DNA from: Rebecca billardiae RCC1528
Taxonomy: Eukaryota; Protista; Haptophyta
Reading direction: 5' to 3'
Assembly: GCA_965240325.2 (NCBI GenBank)
Contig: OZ251245.1
Location: 186,001-250,000, forward strand
DNA: 64,000 bases
Shown one piece after another: positions 10,589-23,280 of the stretch (its first letter is position 1; each line of letters starts with the position of its first letter). Under the pieces are notes generated by a model. That model searched no databases, was not told the origin of the DNA, and was given only the letters and a program-made list of their open reading frames with translations. The position numbers were made by a program, and so were the translations under genes.

Positions 10589-12755
10589 ATGTCGACCTTC
10601 AACGCGAGCGGCGACATGCCCTACAACGACCAGATCGATGACCACCGCCGCAACATGGGCATCCCCGTCGGCGACCACCTCCCGCCGCCCGAGGCCTCGC
10701 CCGCCTACGGCCGCTCGCGTGAGCGCTCCCGCGCGGGCTCACGCGGCAAGACGCCCGTCAACAACCGCTCGCGGCGTGGCTCGGGGGAGAAGACGCCGCA
10801 GATGCCGCCCGTGGCGCCAACGCCGCCGGTGAAGACGACGACGGACCCCGAGTCGGGCGCCAAGAAGCAGACCATCGTCGACCCGTGGGAGGGCGACGGC
10901 ATGCCCGGCCCGCTCGAGTGGTCGGGCAAGTGGGCGTTCGGCGGCCTCATGATCGACATCAAGCGGCGGCTCAACCCGAAGACGTACATCTCGGACTGGA
11001 CGGACGCGTTCACCGGCGGCAACTTCGCGATGGTCGCGCCGGCGTCGATCTTCCTCTTCTTCGCGTGCTACGCGCCCGCGCTCGCGTTCGGCGCGCTCTT
11101 CGACGTCGCGACCGAGGGCCAGGTGGGCATCATCGAGACGGTGCTCTCGACGGCGATCTGCGGCGTGATCTACGCGCTCTTCTCGGGGCAGCCGCTCACG
11201 ATCATGGGCGCGACCGGCCCCGAGCTCGCGTACACCATCGTCTTCTACCAGCTGTGCCAGCAGCTCGGCATCGAGTTCCTGCCCGCGCGCTGGTGGCAGG
11301 GCATGTTCACCGCGCTGATGACCGTCCTGTGCGCCGTGCTCGACTGGTGCGCGCTGATGAAGTACGTCACGCAGTTCACGGAGGAGATCTTCTCGTCGAT
11401 CGTCTCGGTGCTCGAGATCGCCGCCGCGCTCACCGCCATCATCCGCATCTTCCTCTCCGACCGCACGCTCGGCACGCAGCTCTTCTCGGCCATCCTGACC
11501 GCGTGCACGTACATCTCGTGCGTCAAGTTCCGCGACCTGCGCGCGTCGGACTGGTTCAACAAGACGTGGCGCAAGCACATCTCGAACTACGGCGTGGTGA
11601 TCGTGATCTTCCTGGGCACGCTCATCACCAACCTCGTCATCCCCGCGATGGGCATCACCGACCTGCAGTTCCTCAACGTGCCGGACTCGGTCCGCCCGAC
11701 GCTCACGCTCAGCAACGGCCAGCCGCGCCCGTGGATGGTCGACCCGTCGGGCATCGAGAAGCCGTTCCCGGTGCGTGCCACGCCCGCGGCGTGGCATGCG
11801 AGCGGTGGCCGCTGCGTGCCGCCGCCTGCCTCCGCGCACGTCGCCTCGCCCGCTCACACGACCCCTCTCTCCGCCCGCGGCCGCGCGCGCTCGCCCTGCT
11901 CCGCAGTTCTGGGGCGTGTTCCTCACCATCCCGTTCGCTGCCGGCCTGACGATCCTCGGCTACCTCGACCAGAACCTGACGGAGGTGATCGTGAACAAGC
12001 GCGAGCGCCTCTGGAAGAAGTCGCCCGGTACGCGCACGGTCATTGCGCCGGGGTCGCCGCCCACGCACGCAGCGGCTGCCGCGCGGCGACGGCCGCACCG
12101 CGCGGCACGCGCTGCCCCAACGAGTGCTCACCGCCGTGCCGCCTCCCGCGCCGTGCCCCGACCGCCCGCAGGCTACCACCTCGACCTGTTCGTGTGCGGC
12201 GCGGGCATGTACCCGCTGCTCTCGCTCATCGGCCTGCCCTTCACGCACGCGGCGACCGTGCGCTCGCTCGCGCACGTGTTTGCGCTCACGATCTACGAGA
12301 CGGTCACGGACGAGGAGGGCAACCGCGAGACGCGCATCGTCGGCATGGTCGAGCAGCGCTTCACGCACCTGATCGTGCACCTCTTCATGTTCGTCTCGCT
12401 CGCGCTCACGCCGCTGCTCAAGCTCGTGCCGCAGTACCTGATCATCGGCATCTTCCTCTACCTCGGCATGTCGTCGATCCGCGGCAACAACATGTTCACG
12501 CGCATGTTCCTCTTCGCCACGTGGGAGATGGACCGGTGGCCGGACGAGGACTGGGTGGAGCAGCTCGAGGTGCCGACGATCCACAAGTTCACGCTGCTGC
12601 AGCTCGCGTGCTTCGTGGTGATCGTCGTGCTGCGATACGTCGGCGCGGGCGGCGCGATGCCGTTCCTCATCGCCGCGCTCGTGCCGGTGCGGCTGTACAT
12701 CGTGCCGCGGCTCTTCGACGAGAAGGACATCGCCGTCCTCGACCCGCGCAAGTAG
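10589..12755 (+). CDS. SLC4: SLC4/HCO3- transporter family protein, copy B (~628 aa)
   Basis: Exons 10589-11770, 11907-12027, 12172-12755. Same motifs and intron positions as copy A, at an offset of 6294 nt. Confidence 0.95.
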
Positions 12756-13633
12756 GCGCTGGCCGATTTCGATCCTTGTCGCCGGCGCGCGCGCGGCGCC
12801 CGCTCGCGCAGTCGTCGTTGTACAGCATCTGTTTTTTTGAGGCTCGCTGCACCACCGGGCTGCGGTCGGCCTGGCCCATCCGCCATGCTGAATTTTGCGC
12901 CCCCTGCCCGTCATTATTTTTTATTGTACTAAATGTCGTCGTCGTACGGAGCGTTGCGCCAGCTGGACAAACGCGAGGACGCTAGCTTTCGTAGATCACG
13001 AAGCTACGGAGGGCCTCTGACGAGAGTCGCCTTCGGATCGGGGCCCTCTCCCGCTGTGCCGCATCGGCGCACGCTCGGTGGGCTACGTTTGCGCACGCCG
13101 TGCAGCTCGCGGTGCGTGCGCGTCGGCTAGCTGGCACACTGCTCCTGACGCACAAGTCGAATGACCGCAGCTGGGATGCCCTTTCGCGCGGCAAGGACGC
13201 GTGCGAGGCCGGTCGCTGCGGCCGAGCGGCGTGACCGTGCCGCCTGCACGCTGGGCGCCCATGGACGTGGCTTCGCCGCGCGCGCTGAGGCTGGCGAGCG
13301 TCGCGACCGAGTTCCACGACGCGTGCGACGCGCCATCTGCCCGCTTCCGTGCCTCCGACGCACGTTTTATGCGGGCAAAGGCGATCGCCCGCCCATGCGG
13401 CGGCGAAGCCGCCATCCGCCGCGCTTTGCCGTTGGACAGAGCGCAGAACATTTCGTTTTGAAAAGCGCAGATCTGAAAAGACCGGAAGGCGTTTGTCCAG
13501 CTGGCGCAACGCCCCTGAGCAGTCGCGTATATATATATATATATTATATTATTCGTCGATCGAACAAATAAAAAATAGAACGGCGTCATATTATAGCATG
13601 GCGGCCGATTCATCCTTATTGTCACACCGTGGG

Positions 13634-16600
13634 TCAGTCGAAGCCGTCGCCGACCAGAAGCTCGTCAATGTCGTCGCCCGCCCCACCCACGGCCAGCTCT
13701 GACTCCTGCGCGCCGCCCAGCTCGTCGAGCGCGTCGTCGAGCAGGTCGGGCTCGGCTGGCGCGGCGGGCGGCGCGGCCGGCGGCGTCGATGGCGGCGACG
13801 GCGCCGGCTTGGCGGCCGCCCGCGGCGCCGGCTCGGTGGCGGCGGACGCGCCGGCCGGCGACACGGCCGAGCTCTCGGCGCTGAGGAACGAGGCCTGCTG
13901 GCTGGCGGGCTGGCTGGCCTCGCGCGAGGTCGGGCGCGAGCCGGGCCTCGAGTCGGGCCGTCGCGAGCTGGCCGAGCGGCGCCGCTCGCTGCCGCCGCCG
14001 GCCTCGCCCGCCACGGACGGGCGTCTCGAGGAGTGGCGGCTGCCGGGCGCGTCGAGCGAGGCGCGGCGGGAGGCCCCGCTCGCGGAGGGCCGGCGGGAGG
14101 ATCGGCGCGAGGACATGCGGCTCCCGCCCGCCGCGCCACCCGCCGCCGCGGCGGCTGCGGCGGCCGCGGCGATCTGCGCCTCCGAATACGCAAGACTACC
14201 GTCGTCTTGAAAAGGCACATACCCCTCGTCTTCGGGGAAGGACTCTTCGGAGAGCCACGAGTCCTCCTCGCCCTCGGACTCGCCCTCGTCGCTGCCCGGG
14301 ATGTAGCGGGAGTCGTCGTCCGACTCGGCGAGCGCCGGCTGCGCCGCGGAGGGCTGCTCCGCCTCGGAGAGCACCGAGCCCTGCGCAGGCAGCTCGGCTG
14401 CGCCGCCCGCAGCGTCACCCGTCGGCGCGGCTGGCGCGCCGCCGTCCGCCGCCGCGCCAGCCGGTTCGCCGTCGGCCGAAGGGCGGCGAGGCGGGGGCGA
14501 CAGCTCGCTCACGCTCGCGCTGGCCGTGCGTGAGTCCAACGGCGACGACGCCGCCGTCGCGTGCGTCGGCGAGGGCGCGGACGGGTCAAGCTCGCCCGGT
14601 GTGGGCCTGGGTGATAGCCGCAGCCCAGCGACCAACGTTGCCACCGCGCCATCACCGCCCGCTGCCGCCTGCTGCAGCTCACGCGGCGCCGCGGCGCCGC
14701 CGGCTGCGCCGGCGGCGGCCGGCGCCGCCGCCGCGGGCGCGCGGTCGGCGGAGTCGACGTTGGCGCGGGGAGGCGAGGCCGCGCCGCTGCGCGCCGCCTC
14801 GGCGGCCTCGGCCTCGGCGGCGGGCAGCTGCGCACTGCTGCCAGGCGGCGCGGCCGCCGCCTCGTCCGCCCCAGCCCGCTGCTCTGTGGCAGCGGCCGCA
14901 GCGGCGGCCGCTGCCGCCGGCGCCTCAGGCGGCGGCACCGCGCCGCCGGCGCCGCCGGCCGCTTCGGCCTGGCCCTCGGTGGCGGCCGTGGGCTCGGCGG
15001 CGGGGGCGGCACGCTCGGCGGGCGGAGTGCCCGCCGCGGCTGATGCCGGCGCGCCGGCGGCCCGCGTGGCCTCAGCCGGTGCCACGGGCGGCGCCGACGC
15101 CGCGGGCGCTGCGCCGGCGGGCGCGGCGAGCGTCGCCGGCGCTGCTGGCGCCACGGCGCTCGGGTCGGCCGAGGCGGGCTCGACGGCCGGCGCCGCGGGC
15201 GCGCTCGCCGGCGGCGCAGGCGGCACGGACGCCGCCTCGGCGGCGCCCGGCGGCGCGGCGCCGTCTGCGGGCGCGGCGGCGCCAGCTGCCAGCTGCACAT
15301 CTGAGTCCGGAAGCGCCGCCACGGCTGCAGCCGCCGGAGCCTCGGCCGAATCAGCATGGCTGCCCGCGGCGTGCGCGTCGTCGTCGAGGTAGCTGCCACC
15401 GGCGTCGCCGTCGACGTACGAGGCGAGCGCGGCGTCGAGCGGGTCGGGCTCGTCCGCCGCCGCGGCAGGGGACGCCGCGCTCGCACCGGCCGCGCCGTCG
15501 TCCACTCCGCCACCGTCGCCGTCGCCGCCGCCGTCCGCGCCGCCGCCGTCCGAGCGCGGCGTGATGGTCGCGGCCGTGTCGTGCGTGTGCGTGTCGTCCC
15601 ACGACGTGTTGTCGTCGTCGGTGGCGGGCGCGTCGTCCGCCGCGGCCGCGGCCGCCGCCGCCGCCTCCGCCGCCGCCGCCGCCTCCGCCGCCGCCGCCGC
15701 CGCCTTTTCCTTCAGATCTTGCGCGGCGGCGCGCGCGGCGGCCGCGCGCGCTTGCGCCTCCGCGCGCGCGGCGGCCGCGGCGGCGGCCTCGGCGGCGGCG
15801 GCCTCCTCGGCGACGACGAGCGGTCCGAGCACGTCCGCCGCGATCGCCATCGCCTCCTCGCGCACCGTCCCGCTCACGAGCAGCGCCAGCGCGTCCGCCA
15901 CCAGCTCGGCGCGCTTCTGAAGCGCCTCCATCCGCAGCCGAGCGTTCTCCTTGCGGCGCGCCGCCTCGGCCGCGGCCGCCGCGCGCCGCCGCCTCTCGGC
16001 GCGCGCCTCGGCGGCGGCCTCGCGCGCGGCGCGGCCGCGGAGCCCGGCCTGCACGATCACCGCCGCCTCGCGCCGCTGCCGCTCCGCCGCCGCGCGCTCC
16101 GCCGCCGCGCGCTCCGCCGCGGCCGCGCGCTCCGCCGCCGCCGCCGAGCGGTTGCGATGGTAGCTGTGGCGCGCGCGCCGGCCGCGCGCCGCCGCCTGCA
16201 CTCGCACGGCGGCGGCGCGCGCGGCGGCGCGGTGACGGCGCGCGGCGGCGGCGCGCGCGTCCGACTGCACGCGCACCGCCGCGCGCTCGCGCGCCGCCAG
16301 CCGCCGCGCCGCGCGCCCGCGCGCCAGCGACTGCACGCGCGTCGCCGCGCCCGCGCGCCGCGCCGCGCGCTCGGCGCGCGCGCGAGCCAACGCGTCGCGG
16401 ACGGCGGCGCCGACGGCCTTGTGCGCGGCGAGCCAGCGCGCGCGCGCCTGCAGCTTGATCGCCGCCGCGGCCTCGGCCGCCTCGCGCCGACGCCGCGCGC
16501 CCTCCGCCTGCGACAGCGCCACCGCCGCGCGCCGCTCCTCGCGGCATGCACTTTCGAATCGGCGGGCCGCGCGGCCGCGCGCGTGCCGCGCGATTTCGCT

Positions 16601-19402
16601 CTGCGCCTCGTCGCGCAGGCGGCGGTACCAGCCGAGCTCGCGCTCGACGGCCTCCCTGCGCGCGCGCAAGGGGCACGCGAGCTGGTCGGCGCGTGCCGCG
16701 CGCGCAGCAGCAGCAGCAGCCGGGCGCGCGTGCGCGCGGAGAGGCGCGCGCGCGCGCAAGCGGCGCGCGCTGAATGGCTTTTCCGCGGCACGGCAGAATA
16801 AAAGAACAACCGCCAAAACACAAATAAACAAAAACCCAGGAACACCGCCACAATAAACAAAACGAAAAGCCGCGCGCGCACCACTGGAGGCGCCGCTTGT
16901 TGAGGCGGTAGTCGATCTGTGCAGTATGGCGGCGCCACGCCGCCTGGATCACGACGGCGTGCAGGCCGCTGCGCGAGGCGCGCGGGCGCGGGCGCGGCGA
17001 CGGGCGGGTCGGCGCGTGGCGCGCGGCGCGCGGCGCATGAATCAGCCGCGGCAGCCCGCGCGACCCGCTGGCACGCCGCGCTCGGCGGCGTGCGGGCGGC
17101 AGCGCGGCGCGCTCGCGGCGCGCTCGGGGCGGCGCGCTCGCGCGCGCGCGCGCGGGCGCGGCCACTCACAGGCGTGCCTCGCGCGCATCGCGGCCCGCCC
17201 TCCGCCCGAGCGCGCCACGCGCGACGCGGGTGATGAACCACGGCGCCTGCGCGCGCGCGCACGCACGCCGCGCGCGTGAGCCACGATGCGTCCGGCGCGC
17301 GCGCCAGCCAGCCAAGCGCCGCGCGCGCGCTGCGAGCATGGCGCGGGCGGCGCGCGCAAGTGGCGGCGCGCCGCGCACCTCGTCCTGCGCGCGCTGCACC
17401 GCCTCGCCGATGGCCGCCATCGCGCTCGCGCCGCGCGCCTCGAGCGCCTCGAGCTGCGCCGCGCCGGAGGGACGGGGCGCGCACACGCACACGCACGCGC
17501 ACGCACACACGCACACACGCACACGCACACGCACACGCACGCGCACGCGCACGCGCACACGCACACGCACACGCACACGCACGCGCACACGCACACGCAC
17601 ACGCACACGCACGCGCACACGCACACGCACACACACGCACACGCACACGCACACGCACACGCACACACACGCGCATGCACGCGCGCGGCAGCGGGCGGCG
17701 GGCTTGCGGGTGGGCGGCGGAACGGGGCGCGGCCCGGCGCGCGGTGGCGGTGCACGCGGGTCGCGGGGCCGTGTGCGCGCGCGCGCGCGCGGCGCACACC
17801 CGCTCCTCCACCGCCGCCGTGTCGATCGGCGCGTCCGCCGCCTCCGCCGCCTCCGCCCCGCCGCCCGCCACCTGACTCAGCGCGCGGAGCGGCGGCGGCG
17901 ACACCGGCGCGCCGCGGCGCGCGGCCGCTGTCGCGCGCCTCACAAAGGCTTGCTGCTCCGCCTCGGCCGCGGCGCGCGTGGAGGCGAGAGCGCGCGCGCG
18001 GTCGGAGAGCGCCGTCTCGATCTGGTCGCGCTCCACCCGCGCCGCGTACCCCTCGCCGCGCATGTGCAGCACGTAATGCGCCGTGCCCAAATAGCCGCGG
18101 CCGGCGCGCAGCCGCGAGCGGTTCAGCGCCTCGGCCGCGCCGCGCGCGGCCATCGCGCGCGCGGCCGCGGCGATCCGAGTGGAGCTCGCGCCGCGGCCGC
18201 GGCTGGCGAGCGCGCGCGCGCGCGCGGCGTATGCGCCGGCGGAGCCGTACAGCACGATCTCGAGGCGCAGCGCCCGCTCCGTCGCCGCCGCGACGAAGAG
18301 CGGCTCGTCGCGAATGGCGACGGCGCGCGCGCCGCCGCCGACGCCGAGGGCGGTGGCGCCAGCCGTGGACGGTGCGCCGGGCGGCGCGCGCGCCTGAGGC
18401 CGGATGCGACCGACGCTCACGGTGGCGCCGGCGCCGGCGGAGGTGAGGCGGCTGGAGCGCGGGCGCTGGCGCGGGGGCGAGCCGAACTTGTGCGCGCGCG
18501 AGCCCTCCGCGCCCTCCGCGCTGCCGAGCCCAGCTCGGGAGGCGGCAGAGGAGGCGGCCGCTGACGCGGGCCGCGCCGCGCCGCCGCCGCCGCCGCCGCC
18601 GCTCGCGCCGCGCGGCGCGCGCGCGGGGCCGCCGGAGCGCGGGCGCGCGGCGCCGCCGCGCCGCGCGGGCGGCGGCTCGTCCGCGTGCACGTCGCGCTCG
18701 AGCGCTCGGCGCAGCACGTCCGCCGCCCTGTGCATCCGAGCCAGGTCGTCCTGCCGGTACAGCGCCTCAGGAAGCAGCTCCGGCCCGATCGATTTGAGCC
18801 CGAGCGCGCGGCGCTGCCGCGTGAACCAGCGCAGCCACAGGGGATCTTGCGCGGTGGGCGGAAGTGGGAGCCACGCGCAGTCGGTCGCCATCTTGTGCAG
18901 GTAGTTCCGCCGGTACGCCTCCACCGTCTTCGCGTGCGCCGCCGCCGCACCCGCCGAGGCTGGCCCCGCGCCGCCGCCGCACCCGCCGCCGCCGCCGCAC
19001 CCGCCGCCGGTTCCTGTCAGCGTCGCTGCCGGCGAGCCCCAGGCAATGGGAACGGCGCCGCCGGCCGCGCCGGGCGGCGCGGGCTCGGCGTCGTCGGGCA
19101 GCGCGGCGAGCTCGTCGAGCGCCTCGACCGCGATCAGCGTCGCGCAGCGCAGCGTGCTCAGCAGCCGCGCCAGCCGCTTCCGCAGCCGGCGGCGCAGCGG
19201 ATGCGCGTCGGGCGCGGACAGTGCGCGCGGCGGAAGCAATCCATCCGCGAACGCAACAAGTGCCGAGTGCGCGGCCTCGCGGCGCTCGACGGCGGTGACG
19301 GCGCGGCGCATGAGCTCGACGCGCGTGCGCGCCTCGACGTGCGCACGCGGGCCCACCTCGAGCACGCCGCCTGCCGCCGTGCCCAGCGGCGCCGGCTCGG
19401 CC

Positions 19403-19434
<32 letters not shown>

Positions 19435-19666
19435 CTCGTCAGTGCCGACGCCGGCGCCGCCGAGCCCGCCGCCGCCGCCATAGCCGTCGGAGCCGCGTCG
19501 GTAGCTGAAGCTGTCGCCGCCGTCGAGCAGGCTCGCGTCGTGCACGTCCGACGTCGGCCCGGGCACCGTCGCGCCCAGCCCGCGGATCGGACCCGCGCTC
19601 GCCGCGCGCAGAGACACGCTTGGGGCTGGGAGGCGGCCGCCGCCGCCGCCGCCGCCGCCACCGCCG

Positions 19667-19697
<31 letters not shown>

Positions 19698-20823
19698 TCT
19701 CTGCGCCGCCGTGCGTGGCGTGTGCGCGGGACGAGCCGATGGCGGTCGACGGGCGCGGCGGGAGCGCGTGCGTCGGCGGCGAGTCGAGCGACGTGCCCTC
19801 GCCCTCCGCCTCCGCCCACGCGCCCTCCGCGTGCAAGCCGGCGCCGCCGAGATCGCCATCTCCGCCGAGATCGCGATCTCCGCCGAGATCGCGATCTCCG
19901 GAGGCGTCGCTGCCGCCCTCGACGCGCCAGGGGTGCACGTCGTAGGGCGCGCCGTCGGCCTGCGCGCGAGGCGGCCCGTACGCCTCCCCCCACGCCCCGC
20001 CGTGCGCGCCGCCGCCGACGCCGCCGTAGGCGGCGCCGCCGACGCCGCCGCCGTAGGCAGCGCCGCCGACGCCGCCGCCGTCGCGCGAGCCGCCGCCATC
20101 GAGGAGCGCTGACGGCACGGGCGCGGCGCCGAGCGTGCCGGAGGCGGAGGGCGCGGCGGGGCGCACGCGCCCCGCGCGGCCCAGCACGCGAGGCGGCCGC
20201 CGCCCGGCGCGCGGCGCCGGCGCCGCCGACGGCGGCGGCAGCCCAACCGCGCGCGCGCGCTCGGCGGCGGGCGGCAGCGGCGGCGGCGGAATGTACGCGC
20301 GCGATGGCCGCAGCGGCTCCGGCCCCGCGGTGGTCCAGCCCTTCTCGCGCTTGATCGTCGCGGGGTCGTGGTGCGTGCGTCGGCGGCGGTACTCTCGCCG
20401 CGCCGCCGACGGCTCCTCCTCCGCCGTCACCTCCTCCAGCGTCGGCTGCGCGGTCGCGCGCGCGCGCGGCAGGCTGCTGCCGCGCGCGTCGCCGTCGCCG
20501 CCCGCGCCGCCGCGCCGCGTGCCGTGGCCGATGGGCGGGAGCTGCTGCCCCGGCGCGGCGGAGGCCTCCGTCGCCACGCTCTTCTCCGCGCGGGCCAGCC
20601 GCTCGTCCACGAAGCCCGCGAGCGCGGCGTAACCCTCCGAATCGAGCGAGCCCAGGTCAATTCGAAATTCGGCCGAAGCCTCGCGCCACGCGCCGGCGCG
20701 CAGCGCCTTGCAGATGTCGCGCAGCGCGGGGAGGTCGTGCGGGGGGAGCTGGAGCGCGCGCTGGAACAGCCGCCGGCGCATGTCCGTCGTCACCACGCCC
20801 GCCGTCGCGCCGGCCACCACCAT
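13634..20823 (-). CDS. Large low-complexity protein (~2090 aa) with N-terminal ET-like domain and about 6 IQ motifs
   Basis: Exons 20823-17800, 17453-17379, 17246-17170, 16968-16882, 16655-13634 (all GT-AG, total 6285 nt, in frame). IQ motifs: VVIQAAWRR, IKLQARARW, RVQSLARG, RVQSDARA, RVQAAARG, IVQAGLRG. Confidence 0.75.
17479..17672. repeat. (CACACG)n intronic microsatellite
   Basis: Tandem CACACG/CACGCG units inside intron 17454-17799. Confidence 0.9.
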
Positions 20824-21048
20824 CGTGCTGGCGGCCGAACGTCGCGCGCTTGGCGACACCACCGCCCTGCTCACTACTCCCGACCACTGAAGCCGGTAAC
20901 TGCAGCGTCGAGCGGCGGCAGCCATTGTGAAACAGACCCGTGGATTTCTCCGCGCCAGCGATGAGCGAGTTTGCATTTTCTCCAGCGGCCCGCGGAAAAA
21001 AGGCGGCGCACCGGCCCGCCTGGCCACCGAGGGCGGCCGCCCGGAGCG

Positions 21049-22432
21049 ATGGCAGCCGGCCTACTCACGCTCGTGCTCGCTGTCGGCGGGCTGTGCGCAT
21101 CGCCGTCCGCCCCGGCAGGAGGCGCATGCCGCGCCGCCCTCCCGAACGGGCGCCAAGCCCCCGCGCACATCGCCGCGTCGCCCGCGCCGCGCCGCGCCGC
21201 GCCGCTGTGCACGGCCTCGGCCGCGCGCGCGCGCACGGACGACGCATCGGCCGGCGACGCGGACGAGCGCCAGCCTCTCGGCTTCTCCTTCTCGGTGGGC
21301 GGGCTGCTCTTCGCGTACCAGCTGGGCGTGGGGCGAGCGCTGGTCGACGAGGGCTTCATCGTCCCGGGCGTCACCCCGCTGTCCGGCGCGAGCTCCGGGG
21401 TGCGCGCGCTGCTCACGGCGCGGCGCGCAGCGGCGCGCGCGCGCGCGAGCGCGCGGCGCGCTCACCGGCACGCGCCCGTCGGCGCGCTCGCGCGCGTCTC
21501 TGCGCGCAGTCACTCGTCGCGGCGGTGCTCGCGCTCGACCTACCCCTCGAGCTCGTCCTCGACCGGCTGCGCGCCATCCTCGCCGACTGCCGCCAGAACG
21601 GCACCTCCGGCCGACTCGGCGCACTCCTGAGGCAGCAGATGCTTTCCGCTCTGCCGGAGGACGCACACGCGCGCCTGCGCGCCGGCGCGCTCTCCGTGCC
21701 GTACGTGCGCGTGCTGCCGATACCGACGGCGTTCACGGTGAGCTCGTTCACCTCGCGTGACGATCTCTTCGACGTGCGCGCCGCGCGAGCCGCCCCGCGC
21801 GCCTCCCGAGCCGCCGAGCACGCGCGCGCGCCGCGCCGCGCCGCGCCGCGAGCCACGCTTGCTAGCGGCGCGACACGCTTGAACACACACACACACACAC
21901 ACACTCGTGGCGAGGGAGTGAGGGACGCGGAGTCGCGCGCGCGGCCACCGCGCGGCGCCGCCGTGCCGCGGGCGCGGCGTGCACACCGCCCCTCTCTGCC
22001 CCGGCGCCGCCGCCCGCCCCGCAGGTGCTGCACGCCAGCTGCAACTGGCCGTTTTTCCTGGCCCGCTCACCACTCGTCGTCTGCCGCGGCGGGCTGGCAC
22101 TTGACGGGTATTTCGTGGCGCCGCGCACGCTCGGCTGCGTGCACCCGCTGCCGAACGCGAGGCGGACGGTGGCGGTGTCGGCGTTCCCGGGCTTCGCGGT
22201 CCCCTCGCTCGCGGCCGCGCTCGCCGAGCCCGCGCGCGACCTCATCGAGCCGGCGATCGACGGCCGCTTCCCGCGCGCCGAGGCGGACCCCGACGCGTTG
22301 CGCCGCTGGCTGTCGAGCGCGCTGAGCGCGTACGACGAGGCGCGGCTGCAGGAGCTGCTCGCGCTGGGCGAGGCGCACGGGCGGCTGTGGGCCGCGCGCG
22401 AGCGCGACCCCGACACCGCGGCGGGCATCTGA
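21049..22432 (+). CDS. Patatin-like phospholipase (~340 aa) with signal peptide
   Basis: Exons 21049-21399, 21510-21773, 22025-22432. Oxyanion loop GFSFSVGGLLFAYQLGV, nucleophile GASSG, ASCNWPF, catalytic LDGYF. Hydrophobic N-terminus MAAGLLTLVLAVGGLCA. Confidence 0.85.
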
Positions 22433-23280
22433 GCCGCCACGCTCAAGCAAACAAGCAACCCGAGACGTTTGGCGGCCGCCATTGGACTTGGAGAGAGAGT
22501 GTGGATGACCACCGCGCGGTTTGTGGGGTGGGTGGCACCGCGGGAAGCGCATCGTCAACATGGATGCCGAAATCTCACAGAACTCGCGATCTACTCGGCG
22601 TACGTTCGTTAATTGGTAGAGTAGTATGTCCGGGACAGACTGACAGATTCCAAGGGGCACCAAAGCCGCCTGGACGGCGCTCAGAATTGCCTCCCCGCCT
22701 ATTTAACGAGCTTCGGGCAACACTTCGGCGAACTGCATGCCATCTGACGAAGTTCGGCTTAAGACGGCAATCGATGAATTCGTTGATCGAGTGAGCAACC
22801 GGACGGCGGCGGACGCCAATCACCTCGCGCTAAATTGATGAATTTGGACTCAGCAATTAGTCGCGGTGAGGAATCTCGCACGTTCTGATCGTCGCATTCA
22901 AAGGCGTTGTGTGTGTGCATATGTGCTGTACGAAACAGGGTATGCGCGCGAGTGCATCTACACCCAGACTTCAGATTGCTGAGTGCTACACTGAGTTACC
23001 CACGCGCTATCTGTTCGTTAAAAGGCGCACTCTCGTCGCCATCAGTGATACCAAACTGGCGCGGTTAGCTGTGGGACAACCAAGACGCACCTCGCGCCGC
23101 ACGTGTGTGGACGACCGTGCAAGGCAAAGCACATCCGGCCTCGCGCCGTCGCGCATCCAGCACCACCGAGCGCGGCACCAGCGCGGCACGAGCCCACGAG
23201 CCATCGCCCACGACCACCGCACAGCCTGACCGAGCCCAGCCCCGCACGCACGCCCGGTTGCCCTCGGCCCTCGCCCCGCC

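Noticed and set aside
17230-18564. Poly-(RT)/(CV)/(HT) dipeptide proteins (also 60941-62291)
   Set aside because: Translations of intronic CA/CG microsatellites.
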